A stretch of DNA of 64,000 bases from Marsupella aquatica (GCA_973895155.1 OZ316894.1:15554699-15618698), one strand, 5' to 3'; counted from the stretch's first letter, positions 1 through 13,544 are shown. Numbers and translations are program-made. Notes: generated by a model not told the origin, from the sequence alone.

Positions 1-1666
1 CCACACCTGAGGAGATCTTTGATGTTGTGCGGCATGCAAATGTTTTGAGTTCATTGGATCTGAGGGCAGGGTACCATCAGCTTCCAATTAGGCATGCTGA
101 CAGGTCCAAGACAACAATCTGGGGGATTGATTCTTATGGCAAAGATTGTTTGTATCAGTGGTTATTCTTACCATTTGGGTTGAAGAATGCACCAGCTGAG
201 TTCCAGAGAGTCATGGATCGAATCCTTGCAGGTTTGGATTTTGTCAGATGTTATATTGGTGATATTTTGGTCTATTCTTCTATAGTGGAAGAACATCAAC
301 AACACTTGTAGATTGTGTTGGAGAGATTGAGAGCACATGGGTTGAAGCTCCATCCTAGCAAGTGTAAGTTCTTCCAAGACCAGATTGAGTATTTGGGCCA
401 CACTATATACCCAAGGGGATTGGGTGTACAACAGACTGAAGTGGAGGCCATTACATAGATTCCTTGTCCTACTGATGTGAGTAGAGTTTGTGCATTCTTG
501 GGATTGGCGAGCTACTATAGGAGGTATGTTAAAGGATTTAGCCAGCTTGCTAAACCTTTGACCATACTCACTAAGTTGGATCAGGAATGGATTTGGGGTG
601 ATGACCAAGAGCATGCCTTTCAGGAGTTGAAGCAAAGGTTGGCATCATCCCCTATTTTGAGAAGACCCATTTCAGGCAGACCATTTCAGCTACACATTGA
701 TTGGAGTGGAGTAGGACTTGGAGCAGTGCTGACTCAAAAGGATGATGAGGGGAATGAGTTTGTTGTGGCTTATGCCAGTAGATCAAACAATTCAGCAAAG
801 GCTAAGTATAGCTCTTATGAGGGAGAGTGTTTGGCAGCAGTGTGGGTTGTTGCACACTTTTGTTGCTACTTGTTTGGTAACCCCTTCACCTTGATCACTG
901 ATCATCAGCCTCTTAAGTGGTTAATGGAGTCTGACAAGCTTACAGGGAAGCTTGCACGATGGGCATTGTTGTTACAGGAGTATGATTTCCAGGTGATGCA
1001 TAGGCCTGGAAAAGTGAACTTGGATGCAGATGGATTAAGCCGCAATCCATGTACCAGTCAGTAGGATGAGACTAGAGCCAGATGGCATGATGAGTCAGAT
1101 AAGGAGATGGTGTCAGGATGGCATGCATCTACCTTTCTTTGTTGGGTGCCAGCATACAGTGGATCTGTGGACTCTACCTCATTGGATGGAGTGGATGATG
1201 AGTCTTCAGATGTGGATGTTGGTGAAGTAACTTCTGGACAACAAGATATTCACAATGATGTGAGAGTGTTGGAATATCTGCGTAGTGGTTCTATTGTTGG
1301 CAGTGTTGATGCCAAAGAACGTGACAGGGTTCTACAAAGAGCCAAGAGGTTTCGATGGGAGGGAAACCATCTTTTGAGAGTACTGCATGATGGTAGGGTG
1401 TTGGTGGTACCAAAACCATCACAACGAGTACATTTGGTGCGACATGCACACAAGGAGTTGGGGCACTTTGGTGTGAAGCGCACTTATAGTTTACTACAGA
1501 CACAATATTGGTGGCGTGGTATGCACACTCATGTCCAGCAGTTGATAGCTAAGTGTGTGGTATGTGATAGAGTGAGAGCATCATTTAATGCTCCCACTCC
1601 CCAGTTGCACCCGTTGTTGATCATGGGTTTGGGATATCGTTGGAGTTTGGATTTTGCTGGTCCATT
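1..1666 (+). pseudogene. pol: gypsy pol, 5' segment: RT, RNase H, integrase Zn-binding (HHCC) region
   Basis: Motifs LDLRAGYHQ, PFGLKNAPAEFQR, YIGDIL (degenerate YIDD), DWSGVGLGAVL, TDHQPLKWL, H..LGHFG...C..C, WSLDFAGP. One frame with in-frame TAG stops at 309 and 1062. Confidence 0.92.
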
Positions 1667-1947
1667 CACTAGTAGAAATACCCCCTATTTTTGACCAAAC
1701 CACTATTGACTAATGTGACAAGGTTATGGAAGTTTAGGGAGTTATCACTACATATGTCTTAAGTATCACTTCTACAAACTATCCACTCATTTGTTGCAAC
1801 TCCTTCATAAGGAAAATGGCAGGTCCACTATCCAAGCCAAATGTCTTAGTGCTAAGTACTTATGTGAGTGAGTGCTAATCACCAATTGCCAAACATTCAA
1901 GCTTTTAATGTGAGAAAGTCTCAAATAGTAGAGGTACCCCATTAGGT

Positions 1948-2075
1948 GAGCCCCTTACATGTCACTGGCTCCTTTACATGAGCCCCTTGCATGTCATTGG
2001 CTCCCTTACATGTCATTGGCTCCTTTACATCAGCCCCGCTTGCATGTAACTGGCTCCCTTACATGTCACTGGCTG
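1948..2075. repeat. short tandem repeats (~20 bp, CCCTTACATGTCAYTGGCT) in the CACTA-A subterminal region
   Basis: About 5-6 imperfect copies of cttacatgtcactggctc are visible. Confidence 0.75.
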
Positions 2076-2850
2076 AGTACATTAGTACTCTCCACCCTTG
2101 TGCGCGGGAGCAAAAGTTTAAGGTCTTCGTCCGCAGAGAGGGTTTAGCGAGGGGAGGGGAGGGGAGGAGGAGCAAATGAGGTGACTATCGATAGTCGATA
2201 GTCGATTGATCAAGGAGGGAGGAGGAGCGAATGAGGAGTGTGTCGGGATTTCTTCTCGCTACCACTCTTACTAGAGCTTTTAGGAAGGCGGAAGTGTTTA
2301 CGACCACACTTGAAGCACAATGGCAGTGATTTTCAGTCGAGTGCTAAGTGCGAGAGCGAGTGCTCCCCGAAGGCATTGCGGGGGCATTGCGGTCAGTTAT
2401 TTTAGGGTTAGAGCATAAGTTTGTGGTGTGGGGGTCCGTCTTCCGCCATCTGCTTTGTAAGTACTTACCTCTGACTTTGCCATGCGCAACATTGGAATGG
2501 AGCTTTGCATGTCTGCTATCACAATGCTTGCTCTCGGTAGAAAGTGACAATGCGCAAATGCGCCCTAGACTTACTCTTTGCCTTGCGCGAAGCCTTGCTG
2601 TGGTCATCGTAGTCATCCAACACCTCTACAAAGTTGAGTTGCGGTGCTGGTCATCTCCGTCTCTCGGTAGGGTCTGATTGCTGCTATTGCCTTGCTTTCT
2701 TTCTCTTTGATATGCTACGGTAGGGCTAAGTTCTACTGGGTTCCCTGAGTTCTACAGGGTTTCCTCTCTTGCTCAATTCTCTCCTCGCTCTCTCTCGCCC
2801 TCTCTCTCGGTCTCGCTCGTCCATCGTCTCCGCTCTCCATTGTCCTCTCT

Positions 2851-4343
2851 CTTGCAGATTTTTCTCACTTGCGATCCTCAAGTACGTACAAAATCTCTCC
2901 CTCTCTTATGCACGCCCATCACTATAGCAATCTGAGGTCGGGGCCGGGGTCAAACTTGGATTTCACTATGGAAATGTAGATCAAAGTATATTGTCGGCAC
3001 TTTCATTCTGCTTTGGCTGTGAAGCTTGAATCCCCACCATCCTTATACACTAGTATTCTAGTGTGCGGAAGTGTTGTGTAGAACTAAGGTGGGGTGCGGG
3101 GGGTTTTTCTTTGCCTTTGCTGAGCTGCGATTTCAACTCAACGGTCCTGTATTCCATGTACAGGACATTAGTCAAATGTGATACTCTATAATGTACTCCT
3201 CCATGGACAACGGATGAGCCACAGAATTGATGAGCCACACTCTGTCTGTGGCACTTGCAGATCAATTTTCCACCCGTTCGAGAGCTTTCTCTTTTGCCAA
3301 GCTAGGCACAAAGAAATCATTCCAGGGTTTCTCAACTCCTGAGGTCTGCAATCACTCAGAGCCCTCTGCATTGTCATTGCTTTGTCTTCACTGGTGGTCT
3401 CAGGGTCGGGCATTTGTGCTACCATTGCCAATATTTTAATTTGCTGCTCGTAGACTCGCATGTTTGCTTCAATATGCTACTCTACAACTAAGTTCTATTG
3501 GGTTCTTTGACTTGTGAATTCCTTTATTCAACTGTGAAAATGCTAGCCCAACAATTGTCCACTTTTATTCTACACAATCTTTCAGGATTAGCAATCGAGT
3601 GTCCAATCTTAGAGTCCCGGGTCTTCTCGCACGTCTGTACCAACTTTGGTTTGACTACTTCAACACTGAGCAGAATTTTCTCCTTGCTTAATTCTCTCCT
3701 TGCTCTCTCTCCGTCCGTGTGTCTCTCTCCACTTTGTCAGTACTCTGTTTGTTTGTCTTTGCTCACCATCATCTTCTCTGCTGCAGAATTTTCTCTCTCT
3801 CAATCCTCAAGTATGTACAGAAATCTCTCCCTCTCTTATGCATGCCCATCACTATAGCAATCTCAGGTCGGGGCCAGGGTCGAGCCAGGATTTCACTATG
3901 GAAGTGTAGACTGGATCATAGTATAGTGTCGGCACTTTCATTCTGCCTCGGCTATGGAGCTTCAATTGCTCTAATGTCATACACTAGTATTCTAGTGTGC
4001 GGAAGTGTTGTGCAGAACTAAGGTGGGGTGTCGCGTTTGTGCTGCCATTGCCAATATTTTAATTTGCTGCTCGCAGACTCGCATGTTTGCTTCAATATGC
4101 TACTCTACAACTAAGTTCTACTGGGTTCTCTGACTTGTGAATTCCTTTATTCAACTATGAAAATGCTAGCCCAACAATTGTCCACTTTTATTCTACACAA
4201 TCTTTTAGGATTAGCAATCGAGTGTCCAATCTTAGAGTCCTAGGTCTTGTGGCACGTTTATACCAGCTTCGGTTTGACTACTTCAACACTGAGCAAAATT
4301 TTCTCCTTGCTAAATTCTCTCCTTGCTCTCTCTCGGTCTGTGT
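2851..4343. repeat. internal segmental duplication within CACTA-A
   Basis: ~2851-3096 matches ~3780-4030, and ~3412-3720 matches ~4035-4343. Confidence 0.85.
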
Positions 4344-5002
4344 GACAAGACAAACCAATTTACGGGATGTGGTGGATAGGATGTTAAGGCTGGGTTGGGT
4401 TGATAGGGTAGGGGTTATTTGGGATATTTGATTGGATTTTATGTTTGGGGCGTCGATTGTATTCTACTGGCCTTCTTGCTGTGCTGAGCAATGTCCTGCT
4501 GTGGACTTTTGAATTCTGTCTAGGGCATTCCTGTCTAGGGCAGGACAGGAGAAGTCTGCACAAATGATTGCTGCTAGAAATGCAGTGAAGAATCCTACGC
4601 TTACAGGGAGGGGAGGACATGCACCAGTAGTAGCCAAATTGGTTGGGTTCCCATGCCATACATATCTTTATTTACATTTCAATATTTGAGTGGACTGTAT
4701 GTAGTTGTAGCAGCACACTACGTTTAGGCAAGATTGACATTGAGAAACGTGTCTTGCAATGTTTATGTGCTCCAGAAAAAGCTTACTGGAGAGAAACCCA
4801 CAAAAGAGGAGGTTGTGGCAGAAATTAAAAGGGTAAAGTGTGATGAAGGCAACATTGGATCTAAACAGGTAATTTAGGAGCATTATTGATGGACAATCTG
4901 TTATACGTACAATCCTTCTTCAGATGTACAGTACTGTCAGCCCTTATGCAATTGTAAAATTGCTGAGAAGAGTCGTTTGGTTGGTGTATGTGATATATAG
5001 CA

Positions 5003-6160
5003 GGGAGCAGTGTCTACCCTTACAGAGATATCAGACCGGTTGAAGACTGTGGAGAACGCTTGGCCATCAGTAGAGACTGAGATCAAGAGTCAATTCAAGG
5101 ACATAGCTAGTCTTCTTCAAAGCCAAGGATCAACCTTAAGGGAAGTACAAGCTGAACTACGTGAGTTGCGGGCGATGCACATTGCTGGCAGGGTTGAGCA
5201 CCCAATTGCACATCCATATGAAGAGCCTGCAAATATTGTGGAAGTTGTGCCTACAAAGAAGAGTGGTACATGTCATCTGAAATCATGTTTAGTGTAGTGT
5301 GACTTTACCTAGGAATTTGAGGTTCATGGATGCAGGATGGTTCAGGTTCAGGTTCTAGACCCTGAAGGTTTGTTACATTGTGTATCAGGTGATCAGATTG
5401 CAGTGGCTGCAGTAGATCCAAAGATCATCGAACCTGGTAAACTGTCATTGAGAGTAAGTAAATGTTGGTTTGAAGACTCTGTCTGGCCTGTTAATGTGGT
5501 TGAGTATCTATGCCATGTACGTTCAATTAGTGCAAACTTGATGGTTTGTTGACAACTTTAGTGCCTATATGCTTAGTTGTAAATGAAGGAATTTGTGGCT
5601 GCTATTGAGGTACAGAGCCAGCACAGGAGGAGGTGCGCATACCAAATCCAGCAGGCAGGAAGAGGAGACGAAACTTAGAGGCTACCAAATTTTCAGATTC
5701 ACAGGAGAAGCAGAGTGATGACAATGATATGATTTTCATAGACTCTCAGCCTCCCCCAGGTATTGGAGATGAGTTTTCTCAATCCCCACCACTGATGAAC
5801 ATGGGAAAGATGAGGACTAGAAACAGTGGGAAGGAGACTTTGCCTTACAAGGCACCAAAGAAGAAGAGAAATAACACTTCTCCAAAAGGGACAGCAGTGA
5901 GCATTGTAGCACAGTCTTCTAGGCTAATGGCAACTGATAATTCTGGTGTTTGTGTTGGGACCGGCATACTTCAAATTGAAGCAAGTACTTTCCATGGAAA
6001 GAAGGTACTTGCTGATCATGTTGTGTTGTTACTGACTGCTGTCAGTAAGCCAAAATATCTTCTACCCTTTCCAAACAAGGGAGATGATCCGTCACACATC
6101 CATCTTGTGGATGCTGTGGAATCATTTGTGATGTGGCCAGAGAAATTTGTAGAGTGTTAG
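5003..6160 (+). pseudogene. tnpA: TnpA-like 3' exons (Tnp1/En/Spm-type C-terminal domain) of CACTA-A
   Basis: ORF 5010..5297 (TLTEISDRLKTVE) and ORF 5633..6160 (VCVGTGIL..FHGKKV..DHVVLL..LPFPN.GDDP...DAV.SFVMWP) align with the CACTA-C exons at 34107-34410 and 32945-33529. Confidence 0.7.
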
Positions 6161-6655
6161 GTACCAAGTACAATTTGAGACTCAAATGTGAAGGATTGTT
6201 TCAATATATGGCCACAATTTTGAGTACATGATGGGTAATACTGTTTTTTGATGGATTGCTCATATTTTTACTCTGTTATTATGCCATTGTTAGTTGGATT
6301 GGTGCTTTTGTGGCATGAATGACTCAGTCTCGAATATGAATGACATCATTGTCTACGGAAACTAGTGCGGTCAAATTAGTGTTACCAATCACTCATGGAA
6401 AACCCTATATGACTCGAACTAAGTCATTCTAAACACTTATGTTTGACTGATGTATAGATCTAAATACTTGAGCCTCTAGTCACTAAAAAGACTATTGACA
6501 CTAGTCAATAATATGACTAAGTCAATCCAAGTCACCACTTTTACGACTACTAGTTGCAAGAACGACATCAGTGATTTAATGTCATAGATGACCGGTTTTA
6601 GTCATAGTCAGTCGTATTTTATGGTCAAAAATAGGGGGTATTTCTACTAGTGATT

Positions 6656-7656
6656 ACTAACCTCTTACCCAACGTCATAATCGATATGTTTTGGTCATGG
6701 TGGAGCACTTCTCCAAGTGGATTGAGCTAGTGGCACTGCCCAATAAAGCTAGTGGAGGAGTTGCTGCTACATTTTTGGATCGTGTACTCAATCATTTTGG
6801 AGCACCAACTGAGTTCTATGGAGAGTTTGAGAGTTTGTGTGAACAAGCTCTGATTGATCATCGTACCACCTCTTGTGATCATCCCGAGGCAGATGGATTA
6901 GTTGAGAGAGTTGTGCAAATTGTGAAGAGAGGATTGCGTAAGTATGGCTTGCAGGTTGGTCATTTGGGATATTGGGATCTCTAGCTACCTTGGTTAGCTA
7001 TGGGCTACCGTTTCACTTGGCAAGCATCACTTGCATCCTTCTCACCTTACTTTTTGCTCTATGGTAGAGAGCCAGATTTGCCAACAGCTATTCGTCGTGA
7101 TGCTGCACCAGTTGTGAACTTGGATGATCCTGATGTTTGGGTCAAGGTGTGTTCAGAGAGAGCACGGGTATTTCAGAGAGTGATGCCCATGGCTTTTGAC
7201 AACCTTGCCATTGCCCAACATCGTGATACTTTGAGCTATGCCACTATTCGTGGAGGAGGTTATCGTGCAAGCATTCGACGATTTCATCCTGGTGATTATG
7301 TTTATTTGCAATAGACAGCACCCACAACACTTGATGTGACCATAGGCCGGACAATCTTACGTGTGCATGAAGTGTTGCCTTCTGGTGTCCTAATGTTGGA
7401 GGAACGCAATGGTATGGTTTGGAAGGATCATGTGCGCAACTGTGCACCATGTCACCTTCCCAACATTGATGGTACAGTAGATCCAAGCTTGGCACATGTT
7501 CATGCTGGCTTGAAACATATGTTGTGTGGATCTACTCAGGGAGCAACTACTATGTTGATTTGTGATAAGTGTTCTAGAGGATGGCACATGTCATGTTTGA
7601 CACCACCATTGCAGGTGATTCCTAGTGGATCATGGTTGTGTCCTCAGTGTCGGTGA
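6656..7656 (+). pseudogene. pol: gypsy pol, 3' segment: integrase core plus C-terminal PHD finger
   Basis: YVLVMVEHFSKWIE, HPEADGLVER, SPYFLLYGREP; PHD C..LICDKCSRGWHMSCLTPPL..IPSGSWLCPQC. In-frame stops at 6982 and 7312. Confidence 0.9.
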
Positions 7657-7831
7657 AACCGACTAGTTATCATTTGTGTTCTCTTGGCACATATGGATTG
7701 CAGGTAAGTGATCGATGGGGCTCACTTGCACTCGGCCTCCTGATCTTCACACCTAAAAAGGTGTATATCAACCTTGTAGAACTCATGGCTAGCTAGAGTT
7801 AGGGGACCTTACTCCCAACTAGGGGGGCGAT

Positions 7832-8434
7832 TGTGGGTTTTGGACATGTGTGGACATGAGTTCCACTTGTATTCCATTCTCTTGTGTTTGTGATGTGGCA
7901 GTGTGACTATGTTTGGATGTATGTGACAAGCAATGTATGTTGTGTAGCGATGTGTATGCGCACGACATCTGTCACACCATTCTAGGTGGTGTTAGAGTGT
8001 ATCGTACTATCTAGATCCATATGTTTGGTATGTATGCTATATGAGCCAATAAGGTTCCGTTAGGTTTGTGTGAGAGGGTACTTCTCACTTGTGAGGCATT
8101 GAAAGGTCATCTTTCAATGTTGAGCCTTGGAGAGAGAGGAGCTTGAGTGGCTATGGTGGCTGTGAGCTCCGCTTGTGTAACGTGGATTCCTTGAGTAGTG
8201 CAAGGTGCGTTGGCTTGACATACGTGTGTGATCGGATCGGTGCGGGATCGATGGGGTATTGTTGATCGGGATCGTTGTGCCGATTGTATGGAGATTATTG
8301 TGGGTTTTGGACATGTGTGGACATGAGTTCCACTTGTATTCCATTCTCTTGTGTTTGTGATGTGGCAGTGTGACTATGTTTGGATGTATGTGACAAGCAA
8401 TGTATGTTGTGTAGCGATGTGTATGTGCACAACA
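7832..8434 (+). repeat. 3' LTR (603 bp) with a 136-bp direct repeat at both ends (7832-7967 and 8299-8434)
   Basis: Directly follows the PPT. TG...CA ends. The two near-identical TGTGGGTTTTGG...GCAC(G/A)ACA blocks are seen directly. Confidence 0.75.
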
Positions 8435-8949
8435 CATGCCACCAACTGGCTATGCCCATAATTTTCTAGTTAGGCATCCGTACACGGAGTGCCTTAACCC
8501 GTTATGATCGGGCCAACCCAGTGCTCATGCCTAGGCCCTCAAAACCCATTTTTTGCTTGGGGCCCCCAATTGGCCAAACCTGGGTCAGGCCATAACTCTT
8601 GCCCCAAGCGTCCGTTGCACACAAAGTAAACTCCATTTGCCTTGGGGCCAAGAGGAGCTCTCACTCAAGCCCTCAGAACTCAAAGTCCATCCGAGGGTCC
8701 GGATGGTCGACCTTGGGTCCGGCCCTTTCCCCTGACCCAACCAACCCTCAACTAGTCTAAGTCCCTAGTGTGTGTCACCAGCTTAGCGCCTTGCCTTTGC
8801 CAGTCCCACGCCCATTGCCCACAAGTCTTCCCATGCTAAGTCCTCCCCAAATGGCTTGGACCCATAGGGGAGCTCGGCGTTGGAGTCAGCGACGCCGGAG
8901 CTAAGTGTTAAGGTAGTCAAGTTTTGCGACTGCAACTCCAGCACTATAA

Positions 8950-11900
8950 ATACTTCCATTGCGTCTCGATCCCTCCGCCTCGAGTGCCAATCCCAGTCTC
9001 AAAATGACTACTTGCCGTAGTCTCTCCATTGAGCCTTAGCACTTGGCGTTTGCTTCTTTGAATCAAGAAACTCGATCCAGGGAAAAACAAGTACCATAGC
9101 TTGTCAAAAAACAAGAACTCAACTTCCACTCGTCATGTTGCACTCATTCCACAAATGTCAGCCAACCAGGTACCAAAATGACCAGTGTGCTTTGAACTAC
9201 AACTTGAGCAATAACATGCAATGCCTCGCACACTGCATATGGGATTGCATAGCTCACACCATCAAGAAAAAAACTCTGGTCTCACCTCCCACAAAAATGT
9301 CGTACACAAAACTTAACCAAAAATTCCAGAAGGATGCAAACTTTGATTTCGCCACACCACAAACTCCGATTAGTGATTTCTAAGCACCGTTAGAAAACCC
9401 TCACATTGATCTATTGGCTCAGCCATAACATTCAAGTTTCATGCAACAAAACTCCAAATACAACACCAACTTTGAATGCTGGAAAAATTGTTACGAAAAA
9501 GGCTTGTCACCTCCCAACCTGGCTCTGATATCTGCCAATTGTTGAGCATTGATGACATTCACAATAGCATGCCCATAACCATCCAACAATCAAGTAGTCA
9601 ACACACAAAGATATGTGGTTCACCTCCAGATGAGGCTACGCCCGCGGGAATGCACAAGAGCTTTATTGCACTCTAGGCCAACTGACAATACCAAGCACCC
9701 ACAACACATGTTCTCCCTATCTCTCAACTGGCTCCATAACAATGAGCTCGAGTTTCCACTATCTAAGCAAACACCACTTGGGTATAGTGCGTGCACAACA
9801 TGGCTAACCTAACCTAGTTTGCGACTAAGGTTAGCCCTAACTATGGTATAGTCATAAATCTAGACCTAAGAGTTAATCCTAATAGGGGTTCACTTATGCC
9901 TCTCCTTCTTATGTGCTCTAGTGCGCAAGCTCTGTTTGATGATCTCATTGGCCATGAATGCCCATTTGTTTGTCTCCCCAGTACGCATCTTGACAGTGTG
10001 CCTTATTTTTAGAGCTTGAGCCTGATATTCAAAAGGGAGGACGCCAAGGGGCTTGGACCAGGAGATGACCTCCCAAGTAATGCGGGCCTTCTTGTTGCCT
10101 CCAACCTGATTTTGTCCCCAAATGAAGTGCCACAAACTTCCTCCATCTTGTTGTATCCATTGTAGTGTAGGCCCGTCACCATCAGATGATAGGGGATTGA
10201 CCGGAGCACATGCCTTATAAGAATGGAGCGGCCAGCCATAATGAGGCTCCAATTAGCCCAATGATTGAGCCTTTTCCTTTGGTTTTCCAGCAGGAAGGCA
10301 GTCTCTTGAGAGGGGCAAACCTTGTAGCCAACTGGTCAGCCCAGGTACTCAATCACCACCCCAATTCTAGCTAGTTTACAGTGAATGTTTTGTAGCCAAG
10401 TTGGGTATCTCCCTTCAATGAAATAGATACTTAGGGATGATTTTTTTATTTCTGCACGTTCAGCAAGGCACTAGAGATGTTTTTGTACTGCTGCACAATT
10501 CCACTAGTTCTATGAAATTCCCCTTCAGTGGCCTCCAAAAACAATCCTGTGTCATCAACAAACAGTTGGTGGCAAAGCCTTTCCTGATCGCCCAATTTCT
10601 AACATTTCAGCTCCCCACATCTGAGTTGCTCCTTTACTAATGCTTTTAGAGGTTAGGTTGTGAGAGTAAAAAGGATCGGTGAGAGGGGGCGCCCGTGTTG
10701 CACACCCGCAACAAGCTTATGGGTTCAGTGAAGTGGCCATAGATGTGGACCTTGGACTGGGTATGTTCCACCCTCTTTCACCAAAAGGATGACATGCTCA
10801 TCAATTCTCATGGCTCTCAACACCGTCCATAGAAATGAGTGGGCCACACTATCGTAAGCCTTAGTGAAGTTAAGCTTGAGAAAAATGAGTTATTGCTTTC
10901 TAATGGGTGCAAATTCTTGGGCCAGCTTGTAGGTAAGCAAGTTGTCCAAAATATCCCTACCCTCCAGTAAGCTGGTCTGTTGACCATCAACTAACTTACA
11001 GGCCATAGATTTTAATCCATTGGCCAGTAGCTTAGCAATGATCTCCTCAGTCAAAGTGTGCATGGTGAGGGGTCTCCAGTTAGTGAGCTCGAGGGTGTCA
11101 AGGTTCTTGGGGATCACCTTAATAACTCCAGCTGAAGCTCTAGATGTCAATTTCCCATCCTTCCAAAAAGCCTTCACCGCAGAGCAGCACACAGGTTTCA
11201 TAAATGACCAGCCTTTCCAGAACATCTCAGCGGTACCAGCCGGTGACCCCATCCATCCTTGGAGCTTTCTCCTTATGGTATGATTCAACAACTTGCTCAA
11301 TCTCATTGTCAGGGGACAAAGCTCAGCTTTTGGTTATCAGCAGTTGTGGCCTGCTCAAAGATAAGCTGCATTGCAGCATCCCTAAGATCACTTTTGATCC
11401 TCCACTCCTGGATGGACAGTATACAAATCAGAGTAGAAACAGAAAATTTCCTGCAGAATCTTGTCCTCATCTTCAGTCACTTCTCCACTAGCAAGCCCCA
11501 ACATCTTGATGCTTTGCCTTGAGCTGATTAAAGAAGTGCTTACTAGGTGCTTCCCCAAGCATGAGCCACCTAACCTTGCTCTTCCCCCAAAGTCTTAGTG
11601 CATCCTACCTTTCCAGGTCCCAAGAATCATCCTCCAACTTGCAAAGCTCAACATTCTTCTCAGGGGTTGGGTTAATTTCTACCTCAATAAGTAGGCATTG
11701 AAGGTTTTCCCCTCAGTACCCTTGGACTTGAGCTTTGTGACGTTTCTATTTCTCAGCCTGCAGATGTTTCTTAACACCCCCTCAAGCCAAATCCCAATTA
11801 ATTAATCCTTTGGTCATGACTGTCCACTTGGTGTTCCAGCCAGAGTTTCTCAACTGCTGTCTCTTTCTCTGGTGTATCAATTAAATTGGCGTCCATCTTG

Positions 11901-12170
11901 AAGTATGTGCTGGACCTTTGCTTACCAGAGCTTGGTTTTTTGGTTTAGAACAAACGTGCAGGTCACCGTAATATGGTCAGATAGGGCTTGCCCCCCATCC
12001 TGCATTTGTAGTTGTCTTCACAAATTCACACCAACAATTCTGATTGTTGCGGTAATTTGATCCAGTCTTGATTGATCATACCAATCAGTCTACCTGGTCT
12101 GTTAGTGAAATGCGGTCCCAATCTCTCTCTAGCGCAAAGGTAGTTGTCCACAAGATCCACTCACGTGATC
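8950..12170 (-). mobile_element. decayed L1/Tx1-type LINE (APE endonuclease remnant, RT, C-terminal region)
   Basis: RT motifs GVIKVIPK..NWRPLTM..IIAKLLAN..Q....GRDILDN (10890-11306) and KLNFTKAYDSV.HSFL nearby. ALSDH endonuclease motif near 11975. Many frameshifts; ends are not defined. Confidence 0.75.
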
Positions 12171-13544
12171 GACAAGCGTCAAATGCTTAGCTAAGATTAG
12201 ATGTGCTACCCATCACAAAACTGGATTTCAGTTTGTTTTGTATCTATTGGACATGAGAGTGATTGCTACAAATTGCTATGTCCAATTGATGTTTTGTGCA
12301 TGACACCACGCCATCTTAATACACTATAATAAATACATCTATTTTACATCCATATGATGTCTATACAATGCTGAAAGTTCATTTCATTACATTATGAAAC
12401 ATATATAGTTTTTGTGTAGATTTGCTATTGATATTTTAATTTATTTGATAAAAACCTTATGTTCCATCTATAATTGGTGTATAAACTACACATATACAAC
12501 TGTCATAACTTTTTGACCAAATAAACTGAAATAACTTTTGAATTCAAAAACTTTGGAGTAAATATTTAACCAAAATATTAAGTTCCACAAATTCTCATAC
12601 AAGTTAAAGTAAGGACAAAGGGAAAACTTTATTTCAAACAAACTTTGTTCCTCAAACTACATAGTACTTCCCAGAGTCTTGATTTATCCACCATTTTTGC
12701 TACTGTTTCTACAGATAACCTAATTCCAATAAAGTGTCAACATGTGAAGATTCCACAGCTGGTTGGAGATATTCACTGGTGGTAACCTCTAAAAGACCTC
12801 ACTGCCAAAACATATTTGCAACTAACTACCCTTTTTCTTAGTCTGGGCGGGTATGATAGCCATGACAAAAAACATAAAACATAAAACCTGTTACCAGGAA
12901 ATTTTTTGCTGTTAACAGTCAAATTTTACCTGTTACCAGTAAGCGATTCCCTGTTACCAGTTTTGCATCAACCATAGCCCTTTGGCCCAAATGAAAAACT
13001 ACACTAATCACAGAATTTTTCTTTAGTGAATTAGGTTTAAAACAAACAATTATTTTTTGCCATCCGATGGATGAAGAGTACTAGCAATCCTCCCTTGCAA
13101 CAACATTTTGATCTGGAAGATAACTGAACACGGTATGGGGACTATACTCAATGAAACATCATTCAAATATCACTATTCATCCAAGCTAAAAAGTGAACCT
13201 TAGGGTGGGACCCACCACAGAACAAGTGAAGAGTAGTGTCCAAATGAACTCAATCAAAATGAGTTCACTTAAATGGACCGAGTACCGTGACAAACAAATG
13301 ACAAAACACCTCCTAACAATTTATTTCAGAATAATTGAATAAACGCGGCTTGAAAGATAAAACAGAATGATATCAACTTACACATTTTAAATAAAACATG
13401 TTGTAATGCTTACACTACACGCGTACATAATAAAGCAAGAAAAGTAAGATTTTTGGAAGCAGCGCCCGGCGCTAACCAAACAATACTGAATAAAACAAGT
13501 AACATATCCATTGGGTAAAGACAAAATAGTGACTATCCGTTATA

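Larger units (their letters stand above)
1667..6652 (+). mobile_element. CACTA-A: non-autonomous CACTA (En/Spm) DNA transposon
   Basis: Perfect 31-bp TIR CACTAGTAGAAATACCCCCTATTTTTGACCA (1667-1697 and 6622-6652). 3-bp TSD ATT (1664-1666 and 6653-6655). Splits the integrase at DFAGP|L. No TnpD is present. Confidence 0.97.
1..8434 (+). mobile_element. Ty3/gypsy LTR retrotransposon, 3' part (RT-RNaseH-INT-PHD, PPT, 3' LTR), interrupted by CACTA-A
   Basis: Domain order is RT-RH-INT. A polypurine tract AGGGGGGCGA at 7821-7830 precedes the LTR (TG at 7832, CA at 8434). The 5' part lies outside the window. Confidence 0.9.

Noticed and set aside
2344-4830. Short ORFs inside CACTA-A
   Set aside because: They fall in duplicated CT-rich non-coding sequence, and frames are not conserved between the duplicates.
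12171-12848. AT-rich segment between the LINE and MULE-A as a separate element
   Set aside because: No TIR, TSD or ORF could be established within the window.
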